This document shows positions 56,157 through 64,000 of a stretch of 64,000 nt of DNA, one piece after another. The stretch comes from Blastocladiella emersonii ATCC 22665 (Eukaryota > Fungi > Blastocladiomycota), in assembly GCA_025594325.1 (NCBI GenBank), contig JANHCV010000007.1, positions 1,240,001 to 1,304,000 on the forward strand, given 5' to 3'. The first letter of the stretch is position 1. The number at the start of each line of letters is the position of its first letter. The position numbers were made by a program, and so were the translations under genes. Under the pieces are notes generated by a model. That model saw nothing but the letters and a program-made list of their open reading frames with translations. It was not told the DNA's origin and did not search any database.

Positions 56157-57207
56157 GGTCGTGGGTGTGTGGAGTGACGGAGACGCGTCGTGGGGCGAGT
56201 TGGGGTAGATTTGACTCGGTCGGTCTAGTGCATGCAGATTAAGCAAGTCTCTGCTGCTGCATCGGTATGGTGTGGGGGGCCGAGGCGTGGAAGGGCCAGC
56301 GTGACAGCCCGACCGGCACGCGCGCGAGGGTGGAGGTGCGCGCGAGCGGTCGCGGCAGGGGGGAGACGAGGGAGACGCGTGCGCGTGCGCGGGCAGGCGG
56401 CGAGCAAGCGTCGCAATATAGGCGGACACCAGGTCACAGATTTGAAGCAGGCCAGCGACACATGTGTGGCGCAGTCAACGGCCGGGCGGGGTCGGTTGCG
56501 TGGGGCGGCGTGCTCGCTTGGGCGTGTGTGTGTTCGACGACGACGAGCGGTCAACGCGTCAAGTCCGTGATGCCATCCGGGCAGGGAAACACCTTCGGCT
56601 CTTCTCTTTCATGGCTGTGCGCCGAGTGGGAGACGCGTGCGTGTGGGCAGGCTGGCTCGGGCCAGATGTATCGCGCGAACGGTCGCCCACACGCGCGTCG
56701 AGTCCCGTGACGTTCTTTGTGACACCTGACGTCTCCTTGATTTGGAAGCGCCAAAGAAGCCGCCGAGCGCTGAGGGACGCGTCGCGAACGCATCGCGATC
56801 GATCGCGGCCCGAGGTGGCGACGTTCGAAGTCCTAGCACCACAAGGAACGGGCAGGACGGCAGACTCAGGACACGGGCACCGCGTTGCCGCAAGTCAATG
56901 GCCGCAGTGAGGGGTGCCGCGGTGCTCAAGAGACGCGTGAAGCGCGAGACGCGTCGCGGGTCAGGTGAGCGGCGCATGAGGTCATGCGGCACGTGGGGAC
57001 GCGGAACCATCACGTGGGGCGGGAGAGGTTTTTGGCTGGTTTTCGCGTTCGGTTTTGCGACGCGTTGCCGGCGGGAGCGCATTTTTCGCATTCGCCCAGC
57101 GGGCAGCGGCAGCGCAGCGCGGCCGGCCCTTACGCGCTCAGCTTGCCGCCCATCTCAACCCACCACACCCAGACCCAGACTCATACCCCGCGGCCGCCCT
57201 CACCGCC

Positions 57208-60200
57208 ATGAGCGGCTCCTTCATCAGCCCCGACGACGACCCCGAGCTGTTCGGCCTGCGCCGGTCGGGCCGCGCGCGCCGCACCGTGGCGCAGTATGCC
57301 GATCTCGTACGCGTCGCCGCCCGTGTGCCTCCCCCTGGCCGCGCCCTGCCGCTGGCGCCGCACCCGATCACGGGCCCCATCGGCGGCCGCGACTGGCAGC
57401 TGTGTGCATGCGCTGGATCGTGCCCCGCTTCGCGTCCGCGTCCGCGCGCGCCGTTGCCGTTGCTGTTGCCGAGCGCGGGCCGCCGTTGCTGCCGCCCGCG
57501 GCCGTCGTTGTTGTTGCCGCCGCCGGCGCGATGCCGTCGTCGTCGTCGACGCCGACCCCGCGGTCGCGGCGGCCGTCTCAGAGACACGCTGCCGCTGCTG
57601 CTGCGCTCAACGCCACCGCGTTTCCCACGCCCGCTCGCTCACGCGCCCCCCTCCTCGCCCGCCCCTCATCGCGTAGATGCAGCAAGACAGCGATGGCGAC
57701 GACGACCTGCCCGACGCGCACCGCCCGTCGCGCACCCGCAAGCGCCGCGTGATCGACAGCGACGACGACGAGTTCCGCCAGCCGTCGCCGCCACCACGCG
57801 CCGCGGCCAACCGCACCAAGCGCCCGCGCCGCCGCGCCGCCGCCGGCTCGGACGATGAAGATGACGACGCGTCGTTCGGTGGCGACTCGGACCAACACGA
57901 TGACGACGACGACGAGGCTGACTCCGAGTCGGATGACGCCGAGACCAGCGACTCGGACGCCGAGTACGGCCGGTCGTCGTCGTCGCGCCGGAGGCGGCCG
58001 CAACGCGCCGCGCAAGGCGCTCGCCGCCGCAACGGCGCTTCTCAGTGTACGTTGTTGTTGCTGTCTGCGTGTCACGGCGCGGCTGGCCCTGCACGGCACA
58101 CGGCTCGTACGGCGCTGGCGACACGGTCGCGTCGTCGTCGCCATCGTTGCCGCGCCGGGCCGTTGTCGTCGTCGTCGTCGCCGTGTACCATTGATGAGTT
58201 GCTGATTTCTGACCTCAACCCACCCTGCCATCCTCGTTCACGGTCTCACCTCGCCGTCGCCGCCGTTGCCGCGTGCTCAGCCCGACGCAAGACCTCGGCG
58301 CGAAACACCAACTCGTACTCGGACGACTCGGACCTGCAGGCCACGGCCGTGCGCTTCTCGACGCGCCGCCGCACCGCCGTCAGCTACACGGAGCCCAACT
58401 ACGCCGACCCGGACTCGTCGAGCGACCCCGACGACCTCGACTCGCACCTCGACGACGGCGCCAGCGGCTACGCGGCCGCGCCCGTCGACGAGGGACCCAC
58501 CATCGAGCAGGTCCTCGACCACCGCGTCATCCATGCCAAGGGCGACGGTACGCTTTGATCGCCGCTGGTGATGTCGGAGGCCGTGTCACTCACACCTCCG
58601 CCGTGATCCGCAACCAGATGGCCTCATCGACGAGACGGTCCCGCCCGTCACCGAGTACCTGGTCAAGTGGAAGAACAAGTCGCACCTCCACAACACGTGG
58701 CACGCCGAGCCCGCGCTCAAGGGCCTCAAGGGCATCAAGAAGCTCAACAACTACGTCAAGCTGCTCGCCCTCGACACGCACCGCGACGACCTCGAGGATG
58801 ACGAGCTCGAGCAGCGCAACATCGACCTGGAGCTGCGCCGCAACCTGCTCGAGGAGTACAAGCAGGTGGAGCGCGTGCTCGGCGCCCGCACCGCGCCCGC
58901 CGACCCCGAGACGGGCCACATGGGCGAGGCCGAGTACCTGTGCAAGTGGCGCCGTCTCGAGTACAGCGAGTGCACCTGGGAGCGCGCCAGCGCCATCACG
59001 CCGCAGTTCCAGGCCGAGATCGACACGTACTTCGCGCGCGAGAACTCGGCGTTCCTCCCGAACCGCGGCAAGCACTACACGGCCAACGACACGCGGCCGC
59101 GGTGGACGTCGCGCGAGCAGCCCGCGTACGTGGCCGCCGGCACCCTGCGCGACTACCAGCTGCTCGGCGTCGCGTGGATGCTGTACCTGTGGTCGCGCAA
59201 CGAGAACGGGATCCTCGCCGACGAAATGGGTCTCGGCAAGACGGTCCAGACCATCACCACGCTCAACATCATGATGCAGGAGCACCGCGTGCACGGCCCG
59301 TTCCTGGTGGTGGTGCCGCTGTCGGTGATCCACTCGTGGCAGGCCGAGTTCGCCAAGTGGGCGCCCGAGATGAACGTGGTCGTGTACATTGGCAACCGCG
59401 ACTCGCGCGAGCGCATCCGCGACTACGAGCTGTACCTCAACTCGGCCAACGGCGAGAGCCCCGAGCACAAGCGGTCCAACCGGTACCTCAAGATCAACGT
59501 GCTGCTCACCACCTTCGAGCTCGTGCTCAAGGACCAGGCCGAGCTGCGCGCCATCAAGTGGTCGTACCTCGCCGTCGACGAGGCCCACCGGCTCAAGAAC
59601 TCGGGCTCGCAGCTGTACGAGGCGCTCAAGGACTTCAACACGGTCAACCGCCTGCTCATCACGGGCACCCCGCTGCAGAACACGATCGGCGAGCTCAACG
59701 CCCTCATCCAGTTCCTCATGCCGGGCAAGTTCGCCGACCTCGAGGACTTTGACCTGCGGCTCGGCGAGGAGGGGTCCGAGGAGAAGATCAAGCACCTGCA
59801 CGAGCGCCTGCGGCCCTTCATGCTGCGCCGCCTCAAGCGCGACGTAGAAAAGTCGCTGCCCAACAAGACGGAGCGCATCCTGCGCGTCGACCTCGCGCCC
59901 ATGCAGATCGAGTACTACAAGTCGATCCTCACGCGCAACTTTTCGGTCCTCAACAAGGGCGTCGCCGCGGGTGCCCAGATCTCGCTACTCAACGTGGTCG
60001 GCGAGCTCAAGAAGGCGAGTAACCACCCGTTCCTGTTCCCCGGCGCCGAGGCCCAGTACCTGACGGACCTGCCCTCGGCGTTGTCGGCTGACGGCACCCC
60101 GGCCGCGCCGCCCACGGGCATGTCGCCGGCCGAGACGCTGCGCGCGCTGCTCGTCAACTCGGGCAAGATGCTGCTCCTCGACAAGCTGCTCACGCGGCTC

Positions 60201-63200
60201 AAGTCGGGCGGGCACCGCGTGCTCATCTTCTCGCAGATGGTGCGCATGCTCGACATCCTGACCGACTACCTGGCGCTGCGCGAGTACAAGTTCCAGCGGC
60301 TCGACGGGTCCGTCTCGGCCGAGCAGCGCAAGAAGGCCGTCGACCAGTTCAACGCACCCGACTCGCCCGACTTCGTGTTCCTGCTCTCGACGCGCGCCGG
60401 CGGGCTCGGGCTCAACCTGACCACGGCCGACACGGTCATCATCTTCGACTCGGACTGGAACGCCGCCAACGACAGCCAGGCCATGGCGCGCGCGCACCGC
60501 ATCGGGCAGACCAAGACGGTGCACGTGTACCGGCTCGTGTCCAAGAACACGATCGAGGAGGAGATCATTGAGCGCGCCAAGCGCAAGATGATCCTCGAGT
60601 ACTGCATCATCAAGCAGATGGACACGTCCGGCCGCCACGTGCTCCAGGCCGTCGCCGGGTCCAAGGGCCTCGCCATGTTGCCTGGGATGGCCGGCGGCGG
60701 CGCCATGAAGCTCCCCACCGAGAAGGTGTCGCGCGACGAGCTCTCGGCGATCCTCAAGTTCGGCGCCCAGGACCTGTTCGCCAAGGACTCGGCGGCCAAC
60801 GCCGGGTCCATGGACGACGTCGACCTCGACGGGATTCTCGCGTCGGCCGAGGAGAACGAGGCCAAGGACAAGCAGGCGTTTGACGAGATCGACGCCGCCG
60901 CCGCTGCGGCTGCCGCGGCCCAGGCCAACGACGTCGCCCTGCCGCCCGCCGAGGACGCCGAGTCGTCGTCCGAGTTCCTCCGCCAGTTCCAGGTGACCGA
61001 GTTCGGCCTCGACCAGCTCAAGTGGGAGGACATCATTCCCGAGGAGGACCGCAAGGCCGCCGAGGAGGCCGAGCGCAAGCGCCAGGAGGAGGAGCAGCGC
61101 AAGCTCGAGGAGTCGATGCTCATGCGCAAGTACAAGAAGTCGATTGCGCCCGGCACCGCTGGCGCCGCCGCCAGCGAGGACGGCGCCGCGGCACCACCAC
61201 CCGCCAAGCGCCGCCGCAAGGAGCCCGCGACCGCCGCCAACCGCGCGGCCGCTGCCGCTGCGTCCACCACGGCCAACGGGACCGACCTCAACGAGCGCGA
61301 CCTGCGCGCCCTGTCGCGGTCCATTTGCCGGTTCGGCGATATCACCATGCGCCAGACCGAGATTCTGGCCGACGCGCAGATCACGGGCCGCACCTGGGCC
61401 GACGTCCAGGCCACGGCGCAGGCCATGGTCACGGCGTGCGAGGACGCGGTCACCGAGGCGACGGCGGCGGGCCCCGTGCGGCGCATGATCACGTGCGACT
61501 TCCACGGCGTGCCCATCAACGCGTCGCAGGTCGTCAGCCGCGTGCGCGACCTGTCGCTGCTCGGCGAGGTGATGCGCGGGTACCTCGGGCAGCGCGACGT
61601 GGGCGAGCTGCTCAGCTTCCGCGTCACGCTGCACCTCAAGCCCGTGACCAACTGGTCCGTGACGTGGTCGTCGCGCGAGGACTCGCTGCTCGTCGTCGGC
61701 GTGTACCTGCACGGGTTCGGCAACTGGATGAAGATCCGCGAGGACACGCGGCTCGGGCTCGCCGACAAGATGTTCCTGCTCGACGAGGAGAAGGAGAAGA
61801 TCCCGCGCCAGGAGCACCTCACCCGCCGCGCAGAGTACGTGATCCGCGTCCTCAACGACAAGCACCTCAGCTCGCGCCCACCCGCGCCCGCGGCACCCCG
61901 CGCCTCGGCTGCGGCGTTGGCGGCGGCGGCGGCTGCATCCTCGTCCTCATCGTCATCGGCAGCGCGCAACGGGACCAAGTCGCGCCGCGGTGCCGCTGCG
62001 GCGTCGTCGTCGTCCACCCGCGCCACCAACGGCACCGGCGACAGCGACCTCAGCGACCTCGACTCGCCGCACGAGGAGGACAAGAAGCGCCCGCGCGCCC
62101 GTGCCCCGGCCAAGCGCGCCAAGGCGGCGACGGCGGCCTCGCCGAAGAAGACCAAGAAGGCGGCTGCGCCCAAGAAGGCCCGCGCGCTCCCCGAGAAGCC
62201 CGTCGCGCCGGCTTCCACGACCACGCGGTCCGGTCGCCGCACCAACAACAGCCTCGCGTCGACTTCCGCACCCGCTACCTCGGCGACCGCCGCCGCCGAC
62301 CACGACTCGTCCGCCGCACCGGCTGCGTCGTCCTCGTCGGCGCCCGTGCCCAGCAAGCGGTCGTCGTCGTCGGTGCAGTACGGCGACTCGGATTCGGACA
62401 TTGACTACGACCTGGACGCGTGCAAGGCGTGCATGAAGCCGGCCAAGGCGGCGCTGCGGCAGCTGCGGTCGACGCCCGAGATCAAGGAGACGGCCGAGAA
62501 GGTGGCGGTGACGACGAGCTGCCTGCACACGATCGGCGCGCTCGTGATGCGGCAACCCGAGGCGCTGCACACGGACCTGTGGAAGTACGTGGCCGAGTGG
62601 TTCCCGAACCGGCCGCGCTGGCGCACCGTCCGCGACCTCTACACCAAGCTCGCCCAGAGCTCGTCCTCGTCCAGCAGCACGCCCGCGCGGCCCGCGTCGC
62701 CCCACCCGGGCCCGCCGCCGCCGCTGCCGCCAGCAGGCGACGACGCGGAGCGGCCCAAGTCGGGGCTCTCGGCGTCAGTCACCGCGGCGGATGCCGGCGC
62801 GGCGTCAACGACGACGCTCGGCCGCCAGCACTTCTCGTCGCGCAACGGGTCCGCGGCGCAGTCGCCCAACGCGTCGGCGTCCTCGATCGACCGCGGCTCG
62901 GGTTCGGCGCAGCAGCAGCAGCACTACCGCGACCGGGATCGCGACCGCGACGGGCGCAGCGACCGTGACCGCGACCGCCACGGGTCCGGGTACGGCGGCA
63001 GCAGCAGCTCGCGCGACTACCACCGGTCCGACCGCTCCGACCGGTACGACCGCGACCGCGACTACCACCGTGACCGCGACTACCCGTCGTCGCGCGACCG
63101 GGACCGTGATCGCGACCACTACCGCGGGCGCAACAGCGGCGGCGGCGGTGACCGGGACCGCGACCGAGAACGCGACCGCGACCGTGACCGCGACTACCAC

Positions 63201-63314
63201 CACCGTGATCGCCACCGTGAACGCGAGCGCGAGCGGGACCGCGACCGGTACCCGGCGTCCCGCGGAAGCAACGGCGGCGGCGGGAGCAGCAGCGACGCGG
63301 CGCGGAGGCGCTGA
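57208..63314 (+). CDS. CHD1: Chromodomain-helicase-DNA-binding protein 1 (tandem chromodomains, SNF2 ATPase, SANT/SLIDE, CHCT), 4 exons
   Basis: ELFGLRRSGR, EYLVKWKNKSHLHNTW, EYLCKWRRLEYSECTWE, GILADEMGLGKT, AVDEAHRLKN, LLSTRAGGLGLNL, QAMARAHRIGQ and VGVYLHGFGNW. Introns 57307-57676, 58047-58280 and ~58548-58617. Confidence 0.96.
62930..63260 (+). repeat. Coding (GACCGC/GACCGT)n repeat giving an Arg-Asp dipeptide tail of CHD1
   Basis: DRDRDRDYH runs in the translated frame. Confidence 0.8.
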
Positions 63315-63498
63315 GAGCACGCCGAGGAGGAGGTGCTGAGACGTGTTCCTTATATATTGATAAAACGCATACGAATGCATTTTGAGCCGTTTTTGCCTTT
63401 GAAACTTTTGCGCGTCAGACACACGTGAGGATGGTCAGGGACGCGTTGCGCCACATCTCGCGCGGGGCGTCGAGTGCTCGGCCCCCCAACGGCGCACC

Positions 63499-64000
63499 AT
63501 GTTAGCCACCTCGCCAACTCTTACGAAAGCAGATGCATTGCCTCGCTGCACGGCGCCGCGACCGCCGTCCAGTGCGGCGAGCAGCGTGAGCTCGCCCGCG
63601 CTCCGTCCGCGACGGTGGCCTGCCGCGTCCAAGCTCGACCAGTCGACGCAGATCTTTGACCTTCCCGAGCCTGCCCCGCGGCCTCCCACCGTCGATCCGC
63701 CTGCTCCTCGCACGCAGGCCAAGCTCGCTGCTGCACTCGACCAGCTGCAGTCATTGCACCAGCACGCGGCGGCGATCCGTCGCGAACTGCTTAATGCCCA
63801 CGACCTCGATGCTGGCACCGATACCTTCACCGCGTCCGCCGACACGACGACGACCTACACGTCGTCCGCAACTACCGCGACGACACTCCCGCCGCCCGTC
63901 GCGCTGTCGGCCGCGCTGCAGGCGCAGCTGCTCAACGAGAACGCGGAGCTCCGCGCTCGCGTTCGCGCGCTCGAGGCCGTGTTCGGGACCAACGTCAGCG
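63499..64000 (+). CDS. Partial hypothetical coiled-coil protein (runs off the window end)
   Basis: Open frame from ATG 63499 to the end of the window: MLATSPT...AKLAAALDQLQSL...QLLNENAELRARVRALE. Confidence 0.55.
   Translation, partial: MLATSPTLTKADALPRCTAPRPPSSAASSVSSPALRPRRWPAASKLDQSTQIFDLPEPAPRPPTVDPPAPRTQAKLAAALDQLQSLHQHAAAIRRELLNAHDLDAGTDTFTASADTTTTYTSSATTATTLPPPVALSAALQAQLLNENAELRARVRALEAVFGTNVS

Noticed and set aside
54420-56429. Independent 669-aa Ser-rich gene
   Set aside because: A consensus intron joins it in frame to the KUP transporter, so it is treated as that gene's first exon.
1-64000. tRNA, rRNA or snRNA genes; bacterial-style GTG/TTG starts and operons suggested by the ORF track
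   Set aside because: No cloverleaf, T-loop or rRNA signature was recognised by eye (a tRNAscan-SE/Infernal run would be decisive). The sequence is eukaryotic and intron-containing.

Overview
Gene-dense, GC-rich eukaryotic DNA with short spliceosomal introns (GTACGY/GTGCGT donors, CTRAC branch points, YAG acceptors). The gene content points to a fungus, probably an early-diverging or zoosporic one; that is inference only. Conserved genes, left to right: SLC25 mitochondrial carrier, VAP/Scs2-like MSP protein, TAF5, DCAF13/SOF1, PTC7-type PP2C, homeodomain+PH (HOY1/Pah1/Phx1-type) factor, a ~3,600-aa multi-Ig-like protein, a membrane-anchored DUF4097-like protein, two hypotheticals, TBC Rab-GAP, RS-domain cyclophilin, alkaline ceramidase, a secreted Cys-domain protein, a KUP/HAK transporter, CHD1 and a truncated coiled-coil gene. 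Two orphan tandem-paralog islands interrupt this backbone. Island 1 (~3.4-9.1 kb) holds four ~150-aa minus-strand genes that share an unrecognised signature (HL[EQ]xLxxxV...GxWxF). Island 2 (~33.5-39.4 kb) holds three spliced genes, each with an NLS-like head, an SD[LV]SD motif, a coiled-coil rod of independently expanded 11-, 15- or 18-residue repeats, and a C-terminal LCR/MCR. A composite DNA element (GAGACGCGTyGATCA-N2/3-CACGTG) occurs in or beside both islands, with one 25-bp exact match 35 kb apart. The KUP transporter also has a ~570-aa spliced N-terminal extension and Phe at two normally conserved Tyr positions. All gene models were spliced by eye and no database searches were run.
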